Assembly (NCBI GenBank): GCA_963715945.1
Contig: CAVQSL010000007.1
Location: 123,997-187,996, forward strand
Source: an uncultured bacterium
GTDB taxonomy: Bacteria > Fidelibacterota > Marinisomatia > Marinisomatales > JAHJCW01
DNA: 64,000 nucleotides
Direction: 5' to 3'
In this document: piece by piece, positions 54,402-64,000 of the stretch
Layout: the number at the start of each line of letters is the position of its first letter
Position numbering within the stretch: the first letter of the stretch is position 1
Position numbers and translations under genes: made by a program
Notes under the pieces: generated by a model
Seen by the model: the letters and a program-made list of their open reading frames with translations, nothing else
Databases searched by the model: none
Told to the model about the DNA's origin: nothing

Positions 54402-56288
54402 TTATTCCTTAAACAACATCTTTAATTCGTACAATCCTTCAATATTCCTCTTAGTTATATCAAAACCCGCAGTTTCAAACAAGTGCTGCATTGAGAGATT
54501 GGTTGCTAATACTTCAGCGGTAAATCCAAGTAGTCCCTGCTTTGTTGCTAAAAGTGTTAAGTAGGATAATAGTTCTCTTCCAATTCCTTGATTTTGTGCA
54601 CTATCTGAAACAACAAAAGCAACATCAGCCATGTGTGTTCCTTCAATAATTCCATATTGTCCCACACCCATTATTTTTTCTTGGTCATTATCTTGGAGTA
54701 TGGCAAGGATTACCATTTCTTTTCGGTAATCTATTACCACAAATTCTTGTAATCTCTCATGAGGAATATCTTTTCTGGTAGATATAAATCTTCTATACAT
54801 GCTATTATCGGAAAGTGAGTAGAAAAATTCTTTTAACGATGGTTCATCACTGATTTTTACCGGTCTCAATTGAATTTTTAATCCAGTTTTTGTGATACGC
54901 AATGTTTCTAAATCTGATGGATATTCCCCACCCTTTCCTGCTATATAAGCTTGATCTCTATATATTAAATTACGGGCTTTGGCTTCTTTGATTAATTCTG
55001 CTCTAAATTTAGGATGAGCAATTGCAATAAGCTCCATAGCTCTTTCGCGAATATTTTTCCCATGCAAATATGCTATTCCATATTCTGTTACTACATAGTA
55101 GATATCGCCACGATTTAGAGTAACTCCAGCTCCTTCTGATAAAAATGGCGCAATGCGTGAAATTTTACCACCTTCTGCAGTGGATGGAATAGTAAGAATA
55201 GTTTTACCATTCTCTGCGAGAACTGCACCCCTCATAAAATCGGCTTGGCCGCCAATTCCACTATAAAATATATGCCCCAATGATTCTGCAGAGGCCTGAC
55301 CAGTGAGATCAATTTCTAAGGCACTATTAATTGCCGTCATATGTTTATGTTGAGCGATAACTAATGGATTATTAGTTATATCAACAGTTCTAAACTCAAT
55401 AGACGGATTATCATTAATATAATCATAGGTGCTCTTCTTGCCCATACAAAATGTGGCGATGGTTTTTCCACGATCTATTGTTTTTTTTGAGTTATTTACT
55501 ACTCCGGCTTTCATTAATTCCACTAAACCGTCGCTTATCAATTCTGTGTGTATTCCTAAATCTTTTTTATTTTTCAGACTGGATAAAACTGCATTAGGTA
55601 TGCTTCCATAACCTACCTGGATAGTATCGCCATCCTCAACCAGCCTTGCAACATACTTTCCAATTTCTAGTGCGATTTCACTATCTGGTTCGTCTTGGTA
55701 CACAAGTAATGGCTCATCATGATGAACTATATAATCGATATCAGAGATATGGATGAATCCATCGCCATGTACGCGTGGCATATTCTTATTGAATTGAGCA
55801 ACTACTGTTTTGGTAATTTCTGTTGCAGCTTTAACAATATCTACACTTACACCGAGACTAACATAGCCATGTTCATCGGGCATGGAAGTTTGAATTAATG
55901 CAACATCTAAAGAAACCATTCCTTTTCTAAATAAACCTGGAATCTTCGATAAAAATATCGGAGAATAATCGGCTAATCCTTTATTAATCGCATCTCTGGC
56001 ATTGTTTCCAATAAAAAACGAATTATACCTGAAATTCCTTTTATACTTTTCATCCGCATAAGGTGCGACCCCTAAAGTCCATACATGCATTACTTCGGAA
56101 TCCATCAATGCTTTTGGATCTTTTTCAACATACTTGACTAATGAATTAACTAAATATTGCGGTTCTCCACAGGCAGTACTGATAAATATTCTATTACCAA
56201 AATGTATTTTACCAAATATCTGGTCCACCGATAGAAATTTATCTTTATAAACTGATTTAAATTGTTGAAGTATTTGATTTTGTTCCAT
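54402..56288 (-). CDS. Acetyl-CoA hydrolase/transferase family protein fused to a C-terminal Pat-type GNAT acetyltransferase
   Basis: About 470 aa are CoA-transferase-like (4-hydroxybutyrate CoA-transferase family pattern). The last ~160 aa are GNAT (LRPVKISDEPSLKEFFYSLSDNSMYRRF...VIDYRKEMVILAI...QNQGIGRELL). The ATG at 56288 is preferred over the TTG at 56315. Confidence 0.7.
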   Translation of the reverse strand: MEQNQILQQFKSVYKDKFLSVDQIFGKIHFGNRIFISTACGEPQYLVNSLVKYVEKDPKALMDSEVMHVWTLGVAPYADEKYKRNFRYNSFFIGNNARDAINKGLADYSPIFLSKIPGLFRKGMVSLDVALIQTSMPDEHGYVSLGVSVDIVKAATEITKTVVAQFNKNMPRVHGDGFIHISDIDYIVHHDEPLLVYQDEPDSEIALEIGKYVARLVEDGDTIQVGYGSIPNAVLSSLKNKKDLGIHTELISDGLVELMKAGVVNNSKKTIDRGKTIATFCMGKKSTYDYINDNPSIEFRTVDITNNPLVIAQHKHMTAINSALEIDLTGQASAESLGHIFYSGIGGQADFMRGAVLAENGKTILTIPSTAEGGKISRIAPFLSEGAGVTLNRGDIYYVVTEYGIAYLHGKNIRERAMELIAIAHPKFRAELIKEAKARNLIYRDQAYIAGKGGEYPSDLETLRITKTGLKIQLRPVKISDEPSLKEFFYSLSDNSMYRRFISTRKDIPHERLQEFVVIDYRKEMVILAILQDNDQEKIMGVGQYGIIEGTHMADVAFVVSDSAQNQGIGRELLSYLTLLATKQGLLGFTAEVLATNLSMQHLFETAGFDITKRNIEGLYELKMLFKE

Positions 56289-56424
56289 TATATATGAAAA
56301 TCGAATTAGAGTCAAATTTCAAAAAAAACTGTTATATCTCATATATGAAATTACATTGCCTCACATTTATTTAATAAAACTGATTTAAACATTTATAATA
56401 ATTATTCTTAATTTTTGTTCTAAA

Positions 56425-57609
56425 ATGAAAACAATTATTCACACCATTCTGACAAAATCAGGTAAATCAATCACTTTTACACTGAAACAAAATGTGCTAA
56501 ACATTTTTGAACAACCTACAAATAACCTGTGGACATTCGACCTTGAAGGTAGATTAATAGGAATGTTTTTTGATGGAGAGAATTATCGCCGTACTTTGAA
56601 TAATATTTTCTACCATAAATCACGCTACACCGAAAATGTAGAAACATTCCGAGAGATAAATAAAATATCAGAAGAGAAAGCTATCTCACTTTTAAATAAA
56701 TATCAATTATTACTAAATAATAAATTTGACTTGCCAAAATCATTTCAGCATATTCTTTCTAAAATTAGTAAAATGGATTATCAGGATCTTCAACAGAGTG
56801 CTTTGGTATTCGATAATATCTATCTTCCGATTTCTATTCTCCCACCCGATCAGTATATGTCATTAGTAATACAATTGACTGAAGGATGTAATTATAATCA
56901 ATGTACCTTTTGCAATTTTTATCGTGACCGACCTTTTAAAATAAAATCGATTAAAGAATTAGAAAGTCATCTGAATAAAGTTAAATCATTTATTGGAGAT
57001 GGAATTAAATTACGTAAATCAATTTTTCTTGCAGACGCTAATGCACTTGCTGTGCCACAAAATCGATTATTAGAAGGTTTAGAATTAATTAATAATCACT
57101 TTCCGCAATTCACTAATTATTATTCTTTCATTGATGTATTCACCGGTTTGAAGAAATCTGCAAATGATTTCATACAATTAAATGATCGAGGTATAAAAAG
57201 AGTTTATTTAGGTGTTGAGTCAGGAAATAGTGACTTAATGTTGTTTTTGAATAAACATCAATTAAATAAAGATATAATAGAACTAACGCACAATTTAAAA
57301 GATGGTGGTGTTAATGTTGGAATAATATTCCTGATTGGTGCAGGGGGAAACTTATATGCCGAAAAACACTTAATAGATTCAATTAAATTGCTAGAACAAT
57401 TGCCCCTTGGCAAAGGAGATATTATTTATTTATCTGAGCTATACGAAACCAATACAAATTATGAGGAATCAATGCTTGAAGAGAATATTCCATTACCAAC
57501 AAGACAAGTAATTCGGAAATGGTCTAACGAATTTAAGTCCGAACTAAAAAAACGATACTCAAAAGATGTGCAAATAGCGGTTTACGATATAAATCAATTC
57601 TTCTATTAA
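56425..57609 (+). CDS. Radical SAM superfamily protein with CX4CX2C cluster motif
   Basis: 394-aa ORF. LTEGCNYNQCTFCNFY follows a ~150-aa N-domain, and GVESGN and Gly-rich motifs lie downstream. Confidence 0.65.
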   Translation: MKTIIHTILTKSGKSITFTLKQNVLNIFEQPTNNLWTFDLEGRLIGMFFDGENYRRTLNNIFYHKSRYTENVETFREINKISEEKAISLLNKYQLLLNNKFDLPKSFQHILSKISKMDYQDLQQSALVFDNIYLPISILPPDQYMSLVIQLTEGCNYNQCTFCNFYRDRPFKIKSIKELESHLNKVKSFIGDGIKLRKSIFLADANALAVPQNRLLEGLELINNHFPQFTNYYSFIDVFTGLKKSANDFIQLNDRGIKRVYLGVESGNSDLMLFLNKHQLNKDIIELTHNLKDGGVNVGIIFLIGAGGNLYAEKHLIDSIKLLEQLPLGKGDIIYLSELYETNTNYEESMLEENIPLPTRQVIRKWSNEFKSELKKRYSKDVQIAVYDINQFFY

Positions 57610-57623
57610 TTAAAAGGTAAACG

Positions 57624-58832
57624 CTAATTAACAAATTGACCATTTTTGATAACCTTGATAATTGGCAAATCTGTCATATTGTAAGGTATCTCAATTAATT
57701 TTTCCAAATCCCAAATTATTAGATCGGCCTTTTTTCCTACTTCAATTGATCCAATCTGTTTTTCAAGATTTAGTGTTTTTGCAGAATTATAAGTGGCGGC
57801 CAATAAGGCTTCTTCCACTGTCATTCCTAAGTAAATACACGCTAATGATATAATAAATGGCATAGATTGTATATGGCAGCTTCCCGGATTATAATCAGTC
57901 GCTAAAGCGACTTTTACTCCCGCATCAATTAACTTTTTTACAGGAGCATAATTAGTTGAGCCAAGGAAAAATGTTGTTCCGGGGAGTAAAGTTGCCGTTA
58001 TATTCGCTTCAGCTATTTTCGCAATCCCTTCATCACTAACAGCCATTAAATGATCGGCTGAGACTGCACCTAATTCAGCTGCTAATTCTGCGGCACCCGA
58101 ATCTTCAAATTCGTCGGCATGCAGTCTTGGAATTAGCCCATATTGTTTTGCTGTTTCGAGTATTCTTCGAGATTGGATTATATTAAAATAGCCATTTTCG
58201 CAAAATACATCACAATATTTGGCAATACCTTGCTTAGCAATAGCAGGAATCATTTCATTACACAACAAATCGATATAAGCTTCAGGATTAGTCTTGTATT
58301 CGGGAGGAATTGAATGAGCACCTAAAAATGTTGGAATAATATCAATCGTGTGACTTTTATTTACAATATCTAACACTTCTAAAGATTTCAACTCTGATTC
58401 AACATCTAAGCCATAACCACTTTTTGCTTCGATTGTTGTCGTTCCCAATTTTAGGAAACGATCCATCCTTTTAGTAACTGCATCAATCAGTTCTTCAACT
58501 GGAGCATTCCTGACCCCTTGAATGCTACTATTAATCCCTCCCCCTTTTTCTGCAATTTCTTGATACGAAGCCCCTTGTAACCGTAATCTAAATTCTTCTT
58601 CCCTCCCATTTAGAAATACCGGGTGAGTATGTGGATCTACAAACCCGGGAGTTATCAGTTTACCGTTACAATCAAAAGTAGAGTGGTCTCCTGATATGGT
58701 CTTATAAATAGTATCAATCTTTTCACCTCTAATCAATAACTTGGTATTTTCTATAATATCAATAGCTTTTAACTTGTGATTATAAGTAGCAATATTGCCA
58801 ATATTGATTAGTTTTAATGTAGAATTATGCAA
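57624..58832 (-). CDS. hutI: Imidazolonepropionase
   Basis: 402-aa amidohydrolase-fold ORF with GFVDPHTHPVF, HADEF and TDYNPGS. A TTG start lies 2 nt after the hutU stop. Confidence 0.88.
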   Translation of the reverse strand: MHNSTLKLINIGNIATYNHKLKAIDIIENTKLLIRGEKIDTIYKTISGDHSTFDCNGKLITPGFVDPHTHPVFLNGREEEFRLRLQGASYQEIAEKGGGINSSIQGVRNAPVEELIDAVTKRMDRFLKLGTTTIEAKSGYGLDVESELKSLEVLDIVNKSHTIDIIPTFLGAHSIPPEYKTNPEAYIDLLCNEMIPAIAKQGIAKYCDVFCENGYFNIIQSRRILETAKQYGLIPRLHADEFEDSGAAELAAELGAVSADHLMAVSDEGIAKIAEANITATLLPGTTFFLGSTNYAPVKKLIDAGVKVALATDYNPGSCHIQSMPFIISLACIYLGMTVEEALLAATYNSAKTLNLEKQIGSIEVGKKADLIIWDLEKLIEIPYNMTDLPIIKVIKNGQFVN

Positions 58833-58834
58833 TT

Positions 58835-60487
58835 CTATTTCATCATTGGAACATTAACATTCCAATCCTTTGCATTATTAATGGCTTTTTCATAACCAGC
58901 GTCTGCGTGGCGTAATATTCCAGTTCCAGGATCGTTAGTTAGTACAGTTTTTAATCGAATTTCCATTTCAGGTGTTCCATCTGCTACAATTACCTGCCCT
59001 GCATGAATAGCAAGTCCCATTCCCACACCACCGCCTTGATGAATTGATACCCAGCTTGCCCCACTTGCCACGTTCACCATAGCATTAAGTAATGGCCAAT
59101 CAGCAACTGCATCGGAGCCGTCTTTCATATCTTCCGTTTCACGATATGGTGAAGCAACAGATCCACAATCTAAATGATCTCTACCAATAACAATTGGCGC
59201 ACTCAATTCACCTGAAGCAACCATTTGATTTAAGGCAACTCCAAACTTAGCACGCTGCGTATAACCGAGCCAACAAATCCGTGACGGCAATCCCTGAAAC
59301 TGTACCTTTTCTTTTGCTAATTCGATCCATCTCAATAAGGGTTTATCATCGGGGAATAATTCCTTGACCTTTTCATCAGTTTTGTATATATCTTCAGGAT
59401 CACCTGATAAGGCAACCCATCGGAATGGTCCTTTTCCGTCACAAAATAATGGTCTAATATATGCTGGTACAAATCCCGGATAGTCAAAGGCATTTTTAAC
59501 TCCTGCCTTATTGGCCTGTCCACGTAAATTATTACCATAGTCAAAACAAATTGACCCCATTTCTTTCAATTTAAGAATTCCATTCACGTGTTCAGCCATA
59601 GAACGAAAACTTTCTTTAACATATTTAGCAGGATTTGATTTTCGTAATGACAAAGCTTCGAGATAGGTCATATTATTTGGTACATAACCATCTAATTCAT
59701 CATGAGCTGATGTTTGATCAGTTACGATGTCAGGCATTATACCCATCTTTGCTACTTGTGGAACAATATCTGCGGCATTACCTAATAGACCAATTGATAA
59801 TCCATTCTTCTTTATCATCGCATCACGTGCGATTGATAGTGCTTCTTCTAAATTTTCAGTTGCGATATCTAAATATTTCGTCTCTAAACGACGCTGTATC
59901 CTTGTTGGATCAATATCAATATTAATAGATACACCGTTATTCATTGTTACTGATAGTGGTTGAGCACCGCCCATCCCACCTAAACCGGCTGTAAGCACCA
60001 ATTTACCGGATAAATCGCTGTTATAGTGTGTCCTTGCGGCTTCAGCGAACGTTTCATAGGTACCTTGCAGAATCCCTTGAGTTCCAATATATATCCAACT
60101 GCCTGCTGTCATTTGACCATACATCATTAATCCAAGCTTGTCTAACTCATTAAAATGTTCCCAATTTGCCCAATTTGGTACCAAATTTGAATTAGCAATC
60201 AATACTCTTGGTGAAGTTTTATGAGTTTTTAATATTCCAACCGGTTTTCCTGACTGAACTAATAATGTTTCATCATCTTCTAGATTTATTAATGAAGATA
60301 GTATTGCATTAAAGCTATCCCAATTTCTTGCAGCTTTACCCTTTCCACCATACACAATTAGTTCGCTTGGGTTTTCAGCAACATCAGGATCTAAGTTATT
60401 TTGAATCATTCTGAAAGCTGCTTCTTGCTGCCACCCTTTACAGGTTAAAACATTTCCACGTGGTGCTTTTATTATAACATTTTCCAT
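58835..60487 (-). CDS. hutU: Urocanate hydratase
   Basis: 550-aa ORF with a [13 protein letters not shown]-binding motif and urocanase-typical sequence throughout. Confidence 0.93.
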   Translation of the reverse strand: MENVIIKAPRGNVLTCKGWQQEAAFRMIQNNLDPDVAENPSELIVYGGKGKAARNWDSFNAILSSLINLEDDETLLVQSGKPVGILKTHKTSPRVLIANSNLVPNWANWEHFNELDKLGLMMYGQMTAGSWIYIGTQGILQGTYETFAEAARTHYNSDLSGKLVLTAGLGGMGGAQPLSVTMNNGVSINIDIDPTRIQRRLETKYLDIATENLEEALSIARDAMIKKNGLSIGLLGNAADIVPQVAKMGIMPDIVTDQTSAHDELDGYVPNNMTYLEALSLRKSNPAKYVKESFRSMAEHVNGILKLKEMGSICFDYGNNLRGQANKAGVKNAFDYPGFVPAYIRPLFCDGKGPFRWVALSGDPEDIYKTDEKVKELFPDDKPLLRWIELAKEKVQFQGLPSRICWLGYTQRAKFGVALNQMVASGELSAPIVIGRDHLDCGSVASPYRETEDMKDGSDAVADWPLLNAMVNVASGASWVSIHQGGGVGMGLAIHAGQVIVADGTPEMEIRLKTVLTNDPGTGILRHADAGYEKAINNAKDWNVNVPMMK

Positions 60488-60508
60488 ACAATAATCCCTT
60501 TTACATCA

Positions 60509-61566
60509 TTATTGATATAAATATTTAAAATCAAAACCACGATATTTTAGAGTTGATTCGTTGTCTTTTAAAAAATCGATTATTTCATCTGTTGAAATTG
60601 TATATGTAATGCCGTAATTGATATTATCATACCTCTTAATATGAATATCGCCGTCATACGGATATAAAGTATCGTATTGCTGTGTACTTTTTAGTGGAGA
60701 AGGTGTTAATATATATTCATTCTTAGCTGATACGGATTTAGCAATCCCTACAAGCTCAAAATTTGGTACGCCATCGCGAATTGCTAATATTATACCACCG
60801 CTGAATCCGCGATTAAATAAAGCATCAATTAAAAATGAGTCACTTTTATCGTCGCGCGTATTGCTTACAATTCCCTTAGTGATCATTTTATGACCCATCG
60901 GATAACCAATAATATAAACGAAACTACCCAGTTCTAAATTACTAGACTCGCCGAGCGGATATTTAAACGGTTTGATCTTCTGAAATTGATCATGACTTGC
61001 TTTTTTAGTCAGTAATGCTAAATCACGCTTTTTATCACTAACCAACACTTCAAAATCTCCTTCACCAGGTATCTCATTGATAAAATAATGTTCTCTGATC
61101 TTAATTGCCATATTTTGTATTATTTTGCTCTTTTGCCCTAAAGTAGATTCATAAAAGGTTAATACAGTATCCGGATAGTCACCGATATGCGCACATGTTA
61201 ATAATCCAACTTTTTCACCATCATAGAATATTATGGTAGCTGTGCCTGAAACGGTTTCATTAAAATATAGCTCTTCAATAGCTATATCTTTAATTCCCTT
61301 TTCCTTATATCTGAATTTATAATTTTTTGATTTTCATTGAAAAGGTATGTTTTATAATAGGCGATATAATTTAACATTTTTACTGAATTTGATATCTCTT
61401 CTAAATTTTCTGATGCATTTCTATATGGAAATTCAGAATCATATCTGCCATCTTTAAGAGTTGGATAAACCACGTCATAAATTTTCTCGGTGCAACCTGT
61501 TTGAAATATCAATCCCATACCAAGTAATAGTGTAAGAAATAGTATTTTTATCATTATTCTGATCAT
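60509..61566 (-). CDS. Trypsin-like (S1-family) serine protease lipoprotein, two apparent frame breaks (about 61112 and 61282)
   Basis: Lipobox LIFQTGC at the N-terminus (61282..61566). A middle fragment in another frame contains TCAHIG. The C-terminal ORF has DLAL and the nucleophile motif GFSGGII. Confidence 0.55.
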
Positions 61567-61633
61567 GGTAATACTTCTAATTTATCCTAAATGATATTAT
61601 TACAAATAATGGCAATAATATATAATGTAAATT

Positions 61634-61667
61634 AAAAAGGGCAACTTAAATAAGTTGCCCTTTTTTA
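61634..61667 (-). terminator. Rho-independent terminator after rplQ
   Basis: AAAAAGGGCAACTTA-AA-TAAGTTGCCCTTTTTT. Confidence 0.75.
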
Positions 61668-61685
61668 CAATTATTTTGATGAGGA

Positions 61686-62138
61686 TTAATCGACTTTCTC
61701 TTGTTTATCACTTTCTTTCTTTTTTTGCACTTTTTTCTTTTTGGCAGATTTTTCTTCGGCTTCCTTCTCGATCACACCAGCAAAATCAACCAATTCGATT
61801 AGTGAAACTTTAGCTCTATCATTATCGCGAAACCCTAATTTGATAATTCTTGTATAACCACCCGGGCGTTCTGAGTACACCGGTGCAATTTCATGAAATA
61901 AAGTAGTAACAGTATTTTTTTGATGGAGTCGCTTTAATACTTCACGACGAGCATGTAAACTACCTTTTTTTGCATAAGTAATTAGTGGTTCGATAAACTT
62001 GCGCAACTCTTTTGCTCTAGCGTGGGTAGTTTTTATTCTTTTATGTTCGATTAGCGATACAGCTAAATTATTCAGCATCGCTTTCCGCTGACTTGGTGTT
62101 CGCCTTCCTAATCGTTTCTTTTTATTTAAATGTCTCAT
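61686..62138 (-). CDS. rplQ: 50S ribosomal protein L17
   Basis: MRHLNKKKRLGRRTPSQRKAMLNNLAVSLIEH.. is the canonical L17 N-terminus. A Lys/Glu-rich C-terminal extension follows. Confidence 0.93.
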   Translation of the reverse strand: MRHLNKKKRLGRRTPSQRKAMLNNLAVSLIEHKRIKTTHARAKELRKFIEPLITYAKKGSLHARREVLKRLHQKNTVTTLFHEIAPVYSERPGGYTRIIKLGFRDNDRAKVSLIELVDFAGVIEKEAEEKSAKKKKVQKKKESDKQEKVD

Positions 62139-62148
62139 TATATATTAA

Positions 62149-63120
62149 TTATGCTTCTTCTTTAGTATATTGATTTATATCCATTCCAAAGTGCAAACCC
62201 ATCTCATCTAACTTTTCAACTAATTCCGTCAATGATTTACGCCCAAAATTCTTATATCTGAGCATATCGTTCTCTTCTTTTTGTACTAGGTCAACTATAT
62301 TTTTAATTCCTGCAGCTTGCAAACAATTATAACTGCGAACGGATAATTCCATCTCATCAATCGTTGAAGCAAGTAATCTACGGATTGTTACAGTTTCTTC
62401 ATCAACTTGTTCAGTTATCTCTAACACTTCAGGTTGGCTAATAGCTTGAATAAATTTTAAATTATCAATAATAACAGACGCGGAATAGCTTATAACATCT
62501 TTAGGCGATATTGATCCATCTGTGGTAATTTTGATCTTTAAGACCTCTAATGATTCTTTTTCCCCTGGTAGAGGTGTAACAGTAAAAGTGACTTTTGTAA
62601 CCGGATTAAATAAACTATCTAATGCTAAAAAGTCTACCGGTGCATTCACCAATATATTTTCCTCACTATTCGTATATCCTCGACCAATCCCTATACGTAA
62701 CTCAATGTCCATTTCACCATCTTCATTAATATCAGTAATATAATGATCGGGATTTAATACTTTAAACTGGCTACTAGCATTTTGAATATCTTTGGCAGTA
62801 AATGTGCATTTACCTTTCAATTTGATATCAACTTTGTCAGGATTATTATCTTCAAGTTTGAATCTAACGGCTTTTAAATTCATTAAAATATCTGCTACAT
62901 CCTCACGAACATTATCAATTGTAGAAAATTCGTGCAACACTCCATCAATGCGAACGTTTGTAATTGCAGCTCCTGGAATACTAGTTAGAAGAACTCGTCT
63001 CAAAGCATTTCCCAGAGTAATACCATAACCCCTTTCAAGCGGTTGAACATTGAACACACCAAATGTGTCTGTCAATTCTTCAGTTTTAACATTAAGTTTT
63101 AAATTAAATTCTTGTGCCAT
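62149..63120 (-). CDS. rpoA: DNA-directed RNA polymerase subunit alpha
   Basis: 323-aa ORF with an N-terminal domain (GYGITLGNALRRVLLTSIPGAAI) and an alpha-CTD (MELSVRSYNCLQAAGIKNIVDL). Confidence 0.95.
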   Translation of the reverse strand: MAQEFNLKLNVKTEELTDTFGVFNVQPLERGYGITLGNALRRVLLTSIPGAAITNVRIDGVLHEFSTIDNVREDVADILMNLKAVRFKLEDNNPDKVDIKLKGKCTFTAKDIQNASSQFKVLNPDHYITDINEDGEMDIELRIGIGRGYTNSEENILVNAPVDFLALDSLFNPVTKVTFTVTPLPGEKESLEVLKIKITTDGSISPKDVISYSASVIIDNLKFIQAISQPEVLEITEQVDEETVTIRRLLASTIDEMELSVRSYNCLQAAGIKNIVDLVQKEENDMLRYKNFGRKSLTELVEKLDEMGLHFGMDINQYTKEEA

Positions 63121-63143
63121 TAAACAAATATCCTGTTTTATGA

Positions 63144-63761
63144 TTATTTTGAGTATAACTCAACAACTTTGCGCTCATCAAAAGTTAAATTCATTTGATC
63201 ACGATCGGGAACTTCAATAAAAGAACCCTGCATTTTTGCTTTATCTAATTGCAACCATGTAAGTTCCATATCGCCTTTAATGCGCTTCATTGAGTTGAGT
63301 ATTATATCCATCTTTTTACTTTTATCTTTAACATTTATCACATCACCGGGTTTAACAGAAAAAGATGGAATATTTACTGCCTTTCCATTTACCAAGAAAT
63401 GTCCATGATTTACAAGCTGCCTTGCGGCAGGTCTTGTTGGAGCAAAAGCTAAACGATACACAACATTATCAAGACGACGCTCTAACAATTGTAACATAAT
63501 TGTGCCTGTTTCGCCTTTCATTTTTTCAGCTTTTTGAAAATTTGCTCTAAATTGTCTTTCAAGAAGACCGTACATAAATTTAATTTTTTGTTTTTCTTGT
63601 AATTGCAGCCCATAGTTTGACAATCTTCTTCTACGTGTTTGCCCATGTTGTCCTGGAGCATATGCTTTGCGATTTAATAATTTATCAAATTTAGGGTTAC
63701 CAAATACGTTCTCACCAAAACGTCTAACTAATTTACCTTTTGAGTCTTTAAATTTTGCCAT
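63144..63761 (-). CDS. rpsD: 30S ribosomal protein S4
   Basis: The start at MAKFKDSKGKLVRRFG (63761) is preferred over the upstream in-frame codon at 63803, which would overlap rpsK. S4 domain RLDNVVYRLAFAPTRPAARQLVNHGH is present. Confidence 0.92.
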   Translation of the reverse strand: MAKFKDSKGKLVRRFGENVFGNPKFDKLLNRKAYAPGQHGQTRRRRLSNYGLQLQEKQKIKFMYGLLERQFRANFQKAEKMKGETGTIMLQLLERRLDNVVYRLAFAPTRPAARQLVNHGHFLVNGKAVNIPSFSVKPGDVINVKDKSKKMDIILNSMKRIKGDMELTWLQLDKAKMQGSFIEVPDRDQMNLTFDERKVVELYSK

Positions 63762-63772
63762 AATATTATTCC

Positions 63773-64000
63773 TTATACCCGTCTCCGTTTTGGCGGTCGA
63801 CAACCATTATGTGGTAAAGGTGTTACATCTTTAATAGAGGTAATTTGCATCCCTTCAACAGCTAGAGCACGAATTGCCGATTCACGTCCTGAACCTGGTC
63901 CTTTTACTTTAACTTCTACAGTTGTCAACCCCATTGCCATTGCTTCTTTAGCGGCCTTTTGTGCAGCTAATGTGGCAGCGTACGCTGTACTCTTACGAGA
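63773..64000 (-). CDS. rpsK: 30S ribosomal protein S11 (C-terminal part; 5' end outside window)
   Basis: Reverse translation gives ...[75 protein letters not shown]. Confidence 0.9.
   Translation of the reverse strand, partial: SRKSTAYAATLAAQKAAKEAMAMGLTTVEVKVKGPGSGRESAIRALAVEGMQITSIKDVTPLPHNGCRPPKRRRV

Noticed and set aside
63762-63803. N-terminal extension of rpsD ([14 protein letters not shown]...) as given in the ORF track.
   Set aside because: The extension would overlap the end of rpsK. The internal MAKFKDSKGKLVRRFG matches the canonical S4 N-terminus.

Overview
This window reads as a core chromosomal segment of a visibly AT-rich bacterium. A T9SS-type C-terminal sorting domain and Bacteroides-style TTG/TAnnTTTG promoter boxes suggest the FCB group (Ignavibacteriota/Bacteroidota-like), but this is inference only. 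I found no rRNA, CRISPR array, transposase, integrase or phage genes. Housekeeping content includes tyrS, smpB, rpsT, thiI, pntAA/AB/B, rmuC, pepA, acs, and the rpsK-rpsD-rpoA-rplQ block, plus tRNA-Leu(CAG), tRNA-Ala(GGC) and tRNA-Met(CAU). There is a strong amino-acid and peptide catabolism theme: two glutamate dehydrogenases placed head to head, hutU/hutI, a GltS-like symporter, a DPP-IV-like S9 peptidase, an Ntn acylase, and a T9SS metalloprotease. Four loci deserve a second look. (1) At 40.5-45.5 kb, two PPDK-N-type ATP-grasp paralogues are translationally coupled. Neither has a recognisable swivel-His or PEP domain, and the larger one carries a sensor-like N-module and a C-terminal nucleotidyltransferase. 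(2) At 14.4-16.9 kb, a pentaheme cytochrome c is followed by a monoheme-cytochrome/beta-barrel fusion with Cyc2-like architecture. (3) At 51.2-56.3 kb, a tightly coupled operon appears to split and permute the Pat/YfiQ lysine-acetyltransferase architecture: CoA-transferase fused to a Pat-type GNAT, then an ADP-forming acyl-CoA synthetase, then a DRTGG protein. (4) A roughly 39-nt motif is shared by the acs and gdhA promoter regions. A major caveat applies throughout: by my count about two dozen reading-frame breaks interrupt otherwise well-conserved genes. They are concentrated in a UvrD/PD-(D/E)XK helicase-nuclease, the S9 peptidase and the metalloprotease. These are either assembly indel errors or real gene decay, and sequence alone cannot separate the two.
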